DNA of 63,977 bases, filler included, from Choristocarpus tenellus KU-1152 (taxonomy: Eukaryota > Protista > Phaeophyceae): the NCBI GenBank assembly GCA_964200185.2. It is 8 parts of 8 records of this genome, joined end to end, with 100 filler letters (N's around TTAATTAATTAA, not from the genome) between each part and the next. Parts side by side here need not be neighbours in the genome. Positions count along the whole stretch, not along the records: positions 23,842 to 51,788 come from CAXNAD020000134.1; 7 more parts are not named here. The stretch is one strand, 5' to 3'. The notes under the pieces are model-generated. The model made no database searches and was not told the DNA's origin. It saw only the letters and a list, made by a program, of their open reading frames with translations. Position numbers and translations under genes: made by a program. Below are positions 38,325 to 50,349 of the stretch, piece after piece (positions within the stretch are counted from its first letter, which is position 1; each line of letters begins with the position of its first letter).

Positions 38325-38692
38325 CAGTATGTTCGTGAGATCAGGAACGGAATATGAGATAATAAGGAATGAGAAATATTTCGAAACCATCCTGCAGGCC
38401 GCCGATCAATTTCAGTGTGAAAGCTTTCAAATGGCCAGATTAACAAAAGCATATCTCACTCGACAAGTAACAGCTTACAAATTTTGTCGATTTGAAAGCT
38501 TTTCCACAAAAATATCAATCAATGCGCTCTCCCTCTTGTGTTCGCAAGCTTTCACTCCAAAAAATCGACGACTTCAAGAATCTGGCCATTTGAAAGCTTT
38601 CACACTGAAATTGATCGGCGGCCTGCAGGATGGTTTCGAAATATTTCTCATTCCTTATCTCATAATCCGTTCCTGATCTCACGAACATACTG
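38325..38692. mobile_element. Long-TIR (foldback-like) non-autonomous element
   Basis: Near-perfect ~115-bp inverted repeats 38325-38441 and 38579-38692, with termini CAGTATG..CATACTG. Confidence 0.9.
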
Positions 38693-39214
38693 TTGTATAT
38701 GGCAGCCCATCACAACAAGGTGTCTGAGGAGATAGATAGGTTGAAAAACGACAAAGTGTCCATATACTCTTTCGTTTTGAACCAAATTGGGCGAATGAAT
38801 GTTACGCGCGATAAGGTACCATTGGAGGAAGGCTGTTTATTCAATCTCCCTGACGTAGTTGGTTGAGTTTGGGATGGATTTGATTAGTGCAGAAATGGGC
38901 AATTATTTTCTTGGTAATAATGTTCTCTGAGACTAGACTTCTTTTTAGTTTGATTTCTTCAGTTATCCTTTCTACTTTTTCCCCGTTGTTGTATAAGAAT
39001 AACTATTCCACTATGTCCCAGCTGCTTATTATTTTTTGGGTGGGTTTTGATACAGCTTTTCCGTTAGACTCGAGTAGTAGTAGTGCATGCACCAGCAAAC
39101 TTCCTTGGATTCAGCATGTAGGTATTAATTACAACAACCAGAACACGTTTTTTGTTAGTATGCATACTACGCATCTTCTTCAACAGTCAACAGTATCCGA
39201 CAATAATATATTGT

Positions 39215-39760
39215 TACGCCCTCTGACAATTTGTAGAAGATGTGTGAGACGAAAAAACGATGAAAAGTCAATTCAATATCAGAACCCCTCAAAGAGTAAC
39301 ACTTGTTGTAATTGTGAAATATATTTCTCTATGATCAATTTATATTTATATTATTATGCCCTCTGACATTTTGTAGATGTGTTACAGGAAAAACTAACGA
39401 AAAACCATTAAAATGCCAGAACCCCTAAAAATGTAACAGTTGTCGTTAATGTGAAAGATATATATCTATCATCTATTCAATATTTTACTATCAGCTATGC
39501 TACACCGCTGCCCTCCTGTACCTCCAAACTATCTTAGTCCTGCACCACACAGTGAGGACCTAGGAATATATATTATTATTATATCCTCTGACATTTTCCA
39601 AATGTGTCAGGGGAAAAACCAACATTATATTTGTATTTTATTATTATGCCCTCTGACATTTTGGAGACGTGTCAGGGGAAAAAACAATGAAAACTATTCA
39701 CATGTATGTCAGAAAAAACCCTAAAAACGTACCAGTTGTCATAAGTGTGAAAAACATCAA
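39215..39760. repeat. Degenerate tandem units each headed by the hairpin cctctgaca..tgtcagggg
   Basis: Four heads at ~39220, 39359, 39584 and 39650. Confidence 0.75.
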
Positions 39761-40269
39761 TCTATTTACTAATTTACTACCAGCTCTGCTGTATCACTGC
39801 CTTTCTTTGACTCCAACCTAGCTAGGGAAGCATCCTACTAAGAATCTAACAAGTCCCTCCTTGCCCATCTCCCTGGTGTCTCCAACTTAAAACGCATGAC
39901 ATGTCTAGACAAGACCACCTGCGTTGTAACAGACTATTTGTCGTAGGTGGGATTTGAGAGGCCGCGAAGCAGGTAGGTGGAGGTAGCCATCGACGAGGAC
40001 GCCAGGGAAGAAGAGAAGGTGAGATTGAGACTATTTGCACACCAATGGTTTGGTGTCTCCCACTTCTTGCAAGATGCCGTACATTCACTTTTGTTCCTGG
40101 ACTTAGGGTTGGGCGTATGAAGTTGATTAGGACTTTCTCCCCGCTTGCATTCATTTGAGAAATCAACACAATTTTCGATCAACTCAAGCCTGTCCTCCCT
40201 CGCCTTTGCACCTTGATAAAATATCACCCGTCCAGGAAACACGGACAACGCCCATTTCCGGTGCCCCAC

Positions 40270-40480
40270 GAGGAAATGTGATAGTAAAGGCTCTAACACT
40301 GCAAATTCTGTACCTGTGTATGAACGACGGGAAAGACCGTCAAACAGTGCTCGAGATGGCAGCAGGATATGCGATGGTAAGTTCGGAAACTGTGATTAAA
40401 TGGGAGAGAGACTTCCTAACTGAGGGCCACATCAAGGTGTCGGAGCAAGGGCGCTACGAGAGGCGTTTTGTTCTCTTGCC
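40270..40480 (+). mobile_element. Possible DDE-transposase N-terminal remnant
   Basis: SSETVIKWERDFLTEGHIKVSEQGRY resembles the tI..W.r.F...G....S.qGrH motif of eukaryotic IS630/Tc1-related proteins (recalled). Confidence 0.4.
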
Positions 40481-41249
40481 GAAGTCATCAAAGAGTAGGT
40501 GTGCAAAGACACAGTAGCAAAGAGTAGGGAGGCTTTTTTCCAGTCTAAACCCTATACTTTAATCAAGTAATAGTGCATCTGTTGGCACTCTTGGTGACCT
40601 ACAATCCATGGTTCGAAGCCCAATATAAGCACTCTTTTTTCAAAAAAAGAAAGAAATGGTGATAAGAAACGAAGCCCGTACTCTGGAGGGCCTTGTGACG
40701 GGCATCACGATTATGCTTTATTTTTATAATCCGATGTCTACATCAAAAGTTATGATGGGACAAATTGAGAGAGGGCAAAGGTACTAGTACCACTATAGTT
40801 TAAACAGCAGTCAAACCCATGAAACCCATTCAAATATCAGAACCCCTATTACTTTTTTACTACCAGCTATCCCACACCACTACCGTCCTATGCCTCCAAT
40901 CTTGCTTAGTCCTGCACCCCAGGACGAGGAGATAGGGAAGCATCCCAAAAATCTATCTAGCCCCTCCTTGCCCATATCCCTGGCTCCAACTTAAAACGTA
41001 TGTCACGTCTTGGTAGAGCTGCTTGTATTGTGACGGACATAATCTGTCCTTCGATAATATTTTTATTTTAGTGAGTTGTGATAATGCGTATTTTGTAGTA
41101 AATAATTCAACAATGGTGCCAAATACCAAGGGTACTCAAATTTAATAGTAAATAGGAGGGTTGTGTGTTTTGGGGGTATGCAATATCTTAACATACCGAT
41201 TGAAGTTCTTTTCTGAGAACTTTGGTCCAGTTGTGGAGGATCTTTTGAA

Positions 41250-43000
41250 GGATTTGTTTCTGTGACTTCCTCTGATGTTTCTTCTTGAGCACGTTTTCCA
41301 AAAGCAGATGTGTGAGAGCCATCTTCTCCAACTAAGGTATACCTTTAAGGTGACCTACCCACCTACCTTGAAGATTTGTTGTTCATATGACATCATCTGC
41401 TTGAAGTAAATAGCGGGTGGTTCGAGTGGACCTTGCAAACCCCCCTTATTCACCTTTTCTTGCTTGTTCACTTTTTTCTGAGTGATCTTTTGAGGGATTG
41501 ATCTCCCTGATGCCTTGTCTCTCTCCATTCCCTTCCTCCTGTGGGTTTTCCCGTCCCCCTTCAGTCTGAAGAATCTAGCGGCTTACTTCCATCTATCTGT
41601 TCCACAGGTGCCCTATTTTTGAGGTGGTTCTTTTCTGAACCCCGTCAGAACTGTGATCCTCTCCACTTCCTCAGTCCTTGTCCTCTCGGCTACGGTTCGT
41701 CTTGGTCCATCTGGTCCGTCCTGCATGGTGATCCTCATCACCCTTGCCCGAGTGAACCATGCTGCCACAGTTAAAGTAAACGGGAGGTATCCAGGTTTTG
41801 ACCATATTGCATTTTTTAGCCATTTTTTCAATCTTTTGCAATTCACCCATTTTTAAATGGATGAAGAGGTAAAGTTGACTTGAGAGCGTTGAGTTCTCTA
41901 TAACTTGGAAGTTTTCTACTTAAATAAGAAAATCTCCTGTATTAATTTGTACAAAAAATGAATTTTGCACATATTTGTCTGCATCCTGAAAATGCAAATT
42001 TACGTACCTCTCTACTTTGGCTCACAGAATAATATTATTCACAAAGTATAAGTAGTAAACCATTTACCTGTAGATGCGTTGTTGAGAGATGTTCACTTCG
42101 CATCCATATTTTTAATTTTTTTCACAGGTTCAATTCCACCCAGTGTGAATGTAGTCCCCATGGCATTGCCTTCAGCACTCCTTTTTTATTTGGAGTTTCT
42201 CTTTCAGTAGTTCGCAATCCCCTTTGTCGAACCTTACCTTGTCGACTTGGTTGCAGCAAGCAGTCCTGAATGATATATAATCCAATATTCCGTCATATGG
42301 GCTGAGATTGGTGTTGTTGATATTCAGAAGAGTGAGATGGGTAACCAAAGCGTATGAGAGAGAGGGAGAGAGGTAATACAGAAAAAAAGCAATAAAGGAA
42401 CAAATAGATGCACAAGAAAAGACAAACTTGAACACGGAGGTATAGGTCCAACCAGGCGTACCTATCTCTTCTGTCTGTCACAAGTAGAACACACGTATAA
42501 GATGCCCCGCCAAAGGCCCAGAGGTCCGATCAATGGGGCTTCCACTCACCTGAAAAAACGTAAGACGATACAACATGGGGAAAGAAGAAAACGAAATTAT
42601 TACATACTATTCATGGGGGATACGACAAAAATCAGAAACAGTCAGATCAAGGAGGTAGCCATCATGACATAACCCACATCCATGTCATGCCTGTCATCCA
42701 AGAAGTTCTCTTCTTGACCCCTGTTGCACTGTGCAGTATTTTTTGCGTCATGCATGACAAGTACTTTTTGCTCCGAGTGGACAAGAGGTGAATAAGGCCA
42801 AATGACATGCAAAATGCCGTCAACTTGCCCTTCACTTAACACACCCTTACTTGTAATTCCTGTTGCAGGAAGCAGATGATTTTTGTGTTCAGGTTGCCCG
42901 CGATTATGCTCAAAAGTGCAGCTGTCAGGGGTGGGCTGGACATTATCTCCTCCTGTCCACTGAACAACATCCTTGCCTCCTCTTACCTTCACCTTCGTTC
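41250..43000 (-). pseudogene. SBNO-like: Decayed SBNO-like helicase, copy J (intron-bearing, internally deleted)
   Basis: LLPATGITSKGVLSEGQVDGI..VLVMHD..EENFLDDR (ORF 42642-42992; cf. IDNGWLSALQLEAI..FLIGD..YENYLLSR); SDLWAFGG; NASTG|gtaaat at 42068; GPDGPRRTVAERT (41680-41720); YTLV..SAFGKRAQ. Confidence 0.6.
41768..42023. mobile_element. MITE family 3b
   Basis: Colinear with 7866-8127. Ends tactttggctc. Confidence 0.8.
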
Positions 43001-43349
43001 CAATGATTTATGTACACTGACCACGTCCTTAGCCCGACATGATATGGTGATCTCCGTAGAAGAAAAAGATCGATCAATTATCATCACATCAGGGTTTTTT
43101 GTAGTCAGATTGACAGGTTGGTGAGGATGTACGTACGTAGGTGAAACAATGGTCTTTTACAATACTAATCAATTGGTTCTGATAGTCGGTCTGAACTGCT
43201 AACAGCTTGCATTCCAACGACAACGTGGTGGGAGAGAAGCTAGCATGGCTTGATCAGTGTAGTTTTGGCGAGAAATTTAATGGGTGGCAAGTGGTGCCTG
43301 AGTCCATGTGACTTGAATTATCTCCCTGCTCTGTCTTTCAAGTACACCC

Positions 43350-44800
43350 TTTGCCCTACATGACCCTGAAGCATATTTCAACTAACAACTCAACCTCTGC
43401 TTGTTTTTCTCTGTGCGATCAGAGGCGACACTTGATTTTTCCTGCATGCGCAGCTTTCAGCAGCCCATGGCCCTTGGCACCCCACACGATGACGTTCAAG
43501 TCTTTCCTGTGTCAAATATTGAGATTCCATTTTTCCACTGGCACAGACAGTTGCATGGTAGAGTCTGACCTGGGTGGATCAATTGTATTTCAATATTGGA
43601 AAAAACCAGAGGTTGTGGGGGGGTTAATCCTGACTGGGCCGCTTTCTTGACTCCCTACAGTAGGAGGGTAAAGATAGAGTGAGAGGGGGGGCCAGGAACA
43701 GGCTCAAGGATAGTCGCATAGATTGAGATGGGTGCTTAGGAAGTGCATGAGCTTAGCGGAGTGATTGACCACGGATTTCGCTGGGTAGGTTCCCAGCCTC
43801 TGATTTTACGACTGCTCAACTTGGGGGGAGATAGGTGCGCAACTATCTGCCCTAGTGGAAGAGTAGTTTATCAATATCTGGCATGTGACCCTTGGTATTA
43901 TTCTGCAACAGATTATATGTTCGGACTCTCCTGTTTTTTGCTCAGCAATCCTTTTTGTACCTGGTCGCTAACAACCAAGGATCTCCTGCTCGTTATTCTT
44001 CGTGACTCTGTGCATGTGGTGCTTGTCATCTTGCCACTTGCGAGTTCATTATTGTTTCCGTGAGTACACAACTTGCATCCCCCTCTCTCTCACTGCAGGA
44101 TAGTGTCTGCTCACAACTGATGATCATTTTTCATTTGTAAATTACATGTCATCTTGATTTGAGAGTGAGGGGGGTTCACCACTATTGTACTCCAGTCGGA
44201 TGTATGGAGTGACTACTCCAAAAATACTGTTGATGGTACATCACATGAAACTACTCAGACCATACCACCCTTTAAGCTTTCGATTTCTTAGTCACGGGAA
44301 GTTAGGAATCGCCTGAACTAGGCAGCAACCTGTCCAGGAAAAAGGTGCCGATGTGAACTCCTCAGGGCGTTCATTCATTTGGATGGCAGAGATGCTAGAG
44401 GCGTGAGAATCAAGCGTGATGCAATCGGTACTGTCTTTGCAACCAGGAAGAGAGTAATCGTGGAATATTGCCAGATCACATTAGGTGGGAGAGAGCAAGT
44501 GCCTACCCTGTGGGTGGACTTCCAGGTAACACAGAAGGGAAAAAGGAACTAATTTATTCCTGGAGTACAAGTCGATTAGCACTATTGATGGCGTATTATC
44601 TTTACATGGGGCTCAGGACAGGGAGCAAATGCACACAGAATACAGGGGCGCTAAAAGTGATATCAGAGAGCTGGTACATGATGACTTAACAAGCAGATAT
44701 GGTTAAAGCACACATTTGGCATGAACAATTGCAAGACTAAGGGCACAATTGGCAATGTAAGCTTATGAAGCAAAAAATGATAAGAAGACTGATAAGGTGA
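43350..44800 (+). pseudogene. SBNO-like: Decayed SBNO-like helicase, copy K
   Basis: WPLAPHTMTFKSFLC..KKPEVVGGLILTG (43351-43650; cf. WSAHQRFFKYLC..GKCVVIGLQSTG); LPDH..VGGLPGNTEGK..LKVISES (44468-44689). Confidence 0.55.
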
Positions 44801-46227
44801 GCAGATGGAGTCAGCGCAACTGACAGTCCATAGCGAACCTACATGCATGCAATAGGAGCATCAATTCAATCTCTTGTTGCAAGTCCACTACTGCTCTACA
44901 TTTCCACAGTCATCCCTCTCCCACATCATCCACAGCATGAGTGGGCCAACCACACACCTACTCCCTCTTCAGTGCATTCGTCAATCTCTTGCCTTAAAAA
45001 GTACTCAAAACACTTTCCTCTCTTTGTTTAATGGGATATTTTACCTTTAGTACACCATCCCTTCAATTTTTATTTACACATTAAAAGATAGTAAGAACGA
45101 GACATGTTTGCCATGTACATACATGTAGGTGTGCACAAGATTTCCATATCCTAGCATTAGATATGGCATATGTTCAACAGATGCAGTATTAACACGTAGC
45201 ATTTTAAAACCAACTCATACGTAAAAAATAATTCAAGAGCCTAAAAGTTCCCGTTGTTGTTTCAGCTACTGAGATATTCCGATAAATGTTTGGTAGGTTC
45301 TGCACACTACTGTAGCAAGCACAGAATAAGGGTTAACTTGGTGCAGTCTTACATACACAGTGATGAATTTTCCCATCCATTGCAGAATTTATCTTATAAA
45401 TAGATCAAGTATTCCACTGGAAGCCTCTGTTTCTGCAGCATACACTCAGCTCTAGCTCTTGGTCTATGAAGCAGGAAACACTAAGATGACAGACAACAAG
45501 ATATTCAAATTCGTGCATATTAAAAAAACCTTAGATACAGTCTTGTAATGTGTTTATAGTTTCATCACCTAAAGCCCTCTACAACTATTTTATATAATAC
45601 ATCTTGGAGATAATAAAGCTTCTACTGCAGGATCGATTTTAACTCAGAGGCACACCATATCGGTCCGCATTACTACACATACATAATATCATTTCATCAC
45701 TAAGCACCACACCCAGGAGCCTTTTCCTAACCATGGTGAGCCACAAAGCAGGGATGGGCACAAAACTGCGCTTGCTTGCAGTCAGTTCATAAACACACAT
45801 TCTCTACTAGCAAACAAATCAATTGACTCTACATTACTAGGAGTTCTTGCATGGACATCTAGGCATTGATTTCATTGCCTATGACATTGAAACAACTAAT
45901 GCTGTGCCTGACAAGAATGTAAAGCCAATTGCGACAGCACACTGACAAGAGGAACAATGATGATACGTCATGCACCCCACAAGCAGGAAGATGAAATGAT
46001 ACCACTAGCTCATACACCAGCAGAGATAGACATCGATCTTCCAAGGAATAAGGACCAACAGCCCTCCTTCGACCAAGGATTTCCCACTCTTTCACCTGCT
46101 GCCATTCTGCGCATAGTGTAACACCAAGAGAGTTGCCAGTGTTGACCTTGCACTTACAGCATCCCTGGCAGGAGGAATATTGCAACCTTGGTCAACCCCA
46201 TCCTCTTTGCTCCCCTCACACCTCTTT

Positions 46228-49134
46228 CTATGTTGATAGGTGCTTCTTTGACTGAGCTCCTTCTGCTGGGTCACTCCGAGACCAGTCTCCGGCGCCATCA
46301 GTGCATCCTTCTCGATCCCTCTTTGCCCCTACCAATGACGACAATGGTGCATCATTACTCAATGCCTTCCCAGAACCCCCAACAGTTCTTGACAGATGTG
46401 CCAAAGATGGAGGCCCATCGTTTAGCCCTCTTTGGTTTGGCCCAGGAAGCACCGGTCCTATCAACCCCTCCCCTCCCTGAGGATCCCCCTCCCGTGTGAC
46501 CTCCACTCCATCCTCCTTTGATAAAGGACCTGTCGCGATCGGTCTATTGGCTAACAGTCCCTTTATTGATGGACCCATTACAGGACCAATTAAGGAAACC
46601 ATAGAACCTTCCTTGTCTCCTTCCTCATCCCCCCTGCCAACTCTTGTACCACTTGCCTCTATTGGTCCAGCCTCTCCTTTCCCCCCTTCCCTACCTCCTC
46701 CTCCCCCATCCATTGCTGCAGCCCTTGCACCAACACTACTAGCTCCCTGCACCACTGCTGGCAGTATTGGTCCTCGTGAAGGCCCAATGGTTGCTGCCTT
46801 GAGCACATACGGAACAGGCCCTTGTTGAGGATCAATGACCTCGGCTTGAACTGCTGGCAGTATTGGTTTTGTTGCAGGACCAATGACCAAAGAAGGTGGT
46901 GCCCTTGTAGGCCCAACCTGTGGTTTCGCAGGGCCCTTCTTTGCCCCCCGGGGGTGAGCGGCAACAGGACTTGGCTTTGGGCCAGGGCCTCTTGATGGTC
47001 CTATCAAACCACCTCTAACGACTGGTTTATCACTAAGAAGGTCATCAGGATACTGTGCAAAGGCCAAGGGACCGGGTTTACAAGACAAGAGCGAAGTGGT
47101 GGAGAGGTGGGGTGTTACTAGCATTGAGGAAGGGAGAGGCGAATCCAGATTGTTTGAGCCATACACTTGCAGGGTTAAATGATGAAAGGCCAATCGGAGT
47201 GTTGTATATTGCTCTTCTTCCCCGTCTACTAGGACTTGGGTTGCTGACATTCAACACAAAAACTAAACGAAATAGTCAATGTAGAATATCATAAACACAA
47301 AGACAACTTCGGTTAATCCATTGCAATTTCTTTTGTCTTTATAGGAAGAGGGGGCATTTCTCTCACCAAAAACATACGCAAATTTCCGCTACTCAGGTTC
47401 GTACCTCTTCTGCAGTTCCGTCCTTATCCTCCTGTGCCCTCTCCTCTTCATTCTTTTTCTGAAATAAATTAAGCTGTTCCAAAAACCCTTCATGGGGATT
47501 GACCATGGACCTTCTTGTTCGGAGGTAAGTCATGGCCTGCATCACAACGTAGAACAGAAAAGAACGGATCAGGAAAAGCAATCATGACATCAAAAAACAT
47601 CTGCATATCATACCTATTGAATAGATTGTAACACCTTGAAGAGGGACAAATTACAACAAAACACAGCAGTAATGCGTTGTGCTGAGACATAATTTGAAGC
47701 GCAGTTAAGAACAGGATAGACCTGCCAAGTAGTTCACCCACCAACTCCCCTATTAAAATAAAATCATGGCACTATTAAAAAGATATTAATTGACCATTTC
47801 CCACCTTTTCAGTCCCCAATCCTCGGGTTCGCATCAGGTATGCACAGATTACGGTCGCACTACGACTGACACCCTTGTGACAATGTACCAGCACACTGCC
47901 GTAGAACTTGCCCTGCCAATCCAGCGGAGAGAGAAGAGGGGTAACACTCTTGTGGAAAGAAATGTGGAAATCGAAAAATGTTGAAGGACTCTGTGTATGC
48001 TGTCTGCCGGTGAGTGTTTGTACACGTTTTTAGTGGGGAGGAAACAGAGGGCAATGATACTCGAAGACCTGCCCCCTGAGTATAAGTCATCTCAATTACT
48101 TCGCACTCCTTTGCCTACCTGTTCTATAAAGGAGATGCATGCCTCAAAATGTTGTAGGAGATCCTCACCACGATTGTCAAAGATGGGCACCCGTTTGTAG
48201 GTCATAGTACGATCTTTCTCAAAGAAGTTGGGGACGCCATTGGCAGGGTCCATTCTGCGACGTGCAAAATACAGGTACCTTTGAGGCTTATTGTTTGGCT
48301 CGTGCTTTGGAGTAAAGGTAAAGCAGAGGTGAGGACAAGAAACGGCAGCTGGGGATCCCCATACAATAAATTGGGTAAAAAGGAGCAGTGACCAATGGGC
48401 CCCAGAATGCAGTTTGAAGGCAAGAAAGCTTTACAGACCGAAAAAGTCCGATAGTGGGGAGGGGATAATCAACCTCAATAACATTGTTGGTAGCTTGCCT
48501 GGAGACGATAGTAACCACACTCGAGATTTGATTGGTATTTTGTCTCCCTCCCGATAGTTTCATCCACGGTGAGCCGAAGCGTGGGGTGACTGTACGATAC
48601 CACGGTGGTTCCTCAAGGTCTACCTATCACTTTCATAGGTTAATGACCAGACTTCCCCTTCCTGTGTCGTGAAGGGTCACAATCCAAAAGATGACCATTA
48701 AACCCAAACCCCTCCGGTACTAACAACAACTGCAGCTATTTCTACCCAGCCCGAGTGATGGCTATCACCATAGCTAACGTGAGGTACAACGCGAAAAATA
48801 TTCTCCTCCCTTAAACGAGAACGTACCAAATACAACGACGGGAGAAAGGGATTCACTTGGTGAACACAACACAATTAACATAGAATCCTACGACATGAAC
48901 AGCAGTTTGGATGCCCCTGCAACCGAAATATTATCTCTAATCACGAAGAGACTAGAGATTTTCCAAGCTGAGCAAACTAGGTTGAGTTACCCACGTCTTT
49001 GGAGGTGTGACGTTGAGTACTCGGTTAATGCCTAGCTCTTGCAGCATTCCTCGATTCCTAGCGTGGGTCCGGCTTCCTATGTACAGATATTTGAGTACCC
49101 GTGAGGGGCGCTTGTCTTCTCCTGAGCCGCTCAT
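46228..49134 (-). CDS. Dual-specificity protein phosphatase with long IGP-repeat C-terminal tail
   Basis: Exons 49134-48995, 48254-48119, 47912-47805, 47536-47405 and 47052-46228, all GT-AG and phase-compatible. Motifs PSRVLKYLYIGS, VLNVT, YKRVPIFD, catalytic VLVHCHKGVSRSATVICAYLM, VNPHEGFLEQL. Confidence 0.95.
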
Positions 49135-49586
49135 CTTTTTCGCGTTGTTCTCTTCCCTCGTTCAATTATGTTTTAAATGGTGCTTATTTCGCAACAACTC
49201 TCCATTACTACAGAGCACATTTTTCGCGGCGTCCTCAAATGCTCCAGAGCTATAATTTTGACACTATTTTTTTGAGTTTGTCCTATAATACGTTGTATTA
49301 TTGGTCTCAACATATAATTCATTCATACGGCGAATATACGTCGAGAGTTTGTTTGCCGTTGTTACATTCACAACTTGATACCAAATTGTTGTACACAATC
49401 CAAGAAACCACCAAAACATCAGTCATATCCACATCAGATCTTGTTTCGGCCAGGTGCTTACCTGTCTTCATTTGAAGAAGAAGTATCATGTACTCTAGCC
49501 CACCTCTAGGGCCCAGGGTGGGGCCACGACGAAGCCCTGGCGAGGTGAGACTGGGAGAGCGCCCACCCTTTGAGAGATGGTCAACA

Positions 49587-50345
49587 TCACCCTTGAATCG
49601 AGGGGTCCTGGGATGGGATCACGAAATCTGAATGCATAAAGATATATTGGTTGGGTGTATTGTATGCTTTTGCAGCCCAATTCGTCCTCGCCCCCGCACC
49701 CAATGGAGGATGAATATACAACATGATATCCAGGTATCTGCTCAGCAACGCAATGTGTATATCATAATCTTCCTTCGACCATCCTTGTGAAACAGCTTGT
49801 GCTGAACTCTCCTGGCCCTTTGCCTCTCTCTTCCCTTTTTTCTTGGGTGCTGTCAAACTCTCAAAGGAAAATGATACGGCATCTGAATCAAGTCTCAACA
49901 TGAGTGAGCTGAGCTTCGATATCGAGAGCAAACGCCAACTCAAGGCTGATTTCGAGGTGAACGAGTTTAATTGATTAGTGGAATCTTCCCTTGATTCCAT
50001 AGTTCGCTTAAAATCCTCGACAGTGGGCTCACCATACCCAAAAGGATGATGCGTTTCTCGACTGGATCTCTTCGTATACGATCTATTCCAACTCCACACT
50101 GGGATTGTTTCTCTTCTCTCCACCGGAATGCCAAGGAATTGACCAAATTGTGCAGCGTAGGTGCACGATATTGTACTCCCACCATTTATAACTTGGAGAG
50201 AGTTCTGGATGTATCCCGAAAGGTTAGGTTCTCTGCGCACATTTTTCCTACTTGGTATCCTTCTCTGGAACCATTTGAGAAGCTCTCTGATCCAACGTGT
50301 TGGGGTCCGCTGTGACTCTCCTCTACTCACAGCACTCCCCCTCAC
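49587..50345 (-). CDS. Intronless 252-codon ORF of unknown origin
   Basis: Long uninterrupted ORF with no ATG at its start and no family recognised. Followed by a GC-rich, hairpin-prone segment at 49496-49586. Confidence 0.35.
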   Translation of the reverse strand: MRGSAVSRGESQRTPTRWIRELLKWFQRRIPSRKNVRREPNLSGYIQNSLQVINGGSTISCTYAAQFGQFLGIPVERRETIPVWSWNRSYTKRSSRETHHPFGYGEPTVEDFKRTMESREDSTNQLNSFTSKSALSWRLLSISKLSSLMLRLDSDAVSFSFESLTAPKKKGKREAKGQESSAQAVSQGWSKEDYDIHIALLSRYLDIMLYIHPPLGAGARTNWAAKAYNTPNQYIFMHSDFVIPSQDPSIQG

Positions 50346-50349
50346 TAAA

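Larger units (their letters stand above)
36520..38900 (+). pseudogene. SBNO-like: Decayed SBNO-like helicase, copy I
   Basis: GAHP; ATVLPPWTYSINMTQGIASLIQL (36551-36620; cf. SSVTPPDVWY..GWLSALQL); KKHPVW; LQNGL; KRQSVHILFRFEPNWAN (38746-38797; cf. RRRVHMTLELPWSA). Two inserted elements. Confidence 0.55.

Noticed and set aside
39215-39760. CRISPR-like repeat array
   Set aside because: The repeats are degenerate with irregular spacing and homologous spacers, there are no cas genes, and the context is eukaryotic.
47053-47250. 5' part of the 340-aa ORF 46228-47250 as an independent gene start
   Set aside because: It is intron sequence. A clear acceptor at 47053 joins the rest in frame to the phosphatase.
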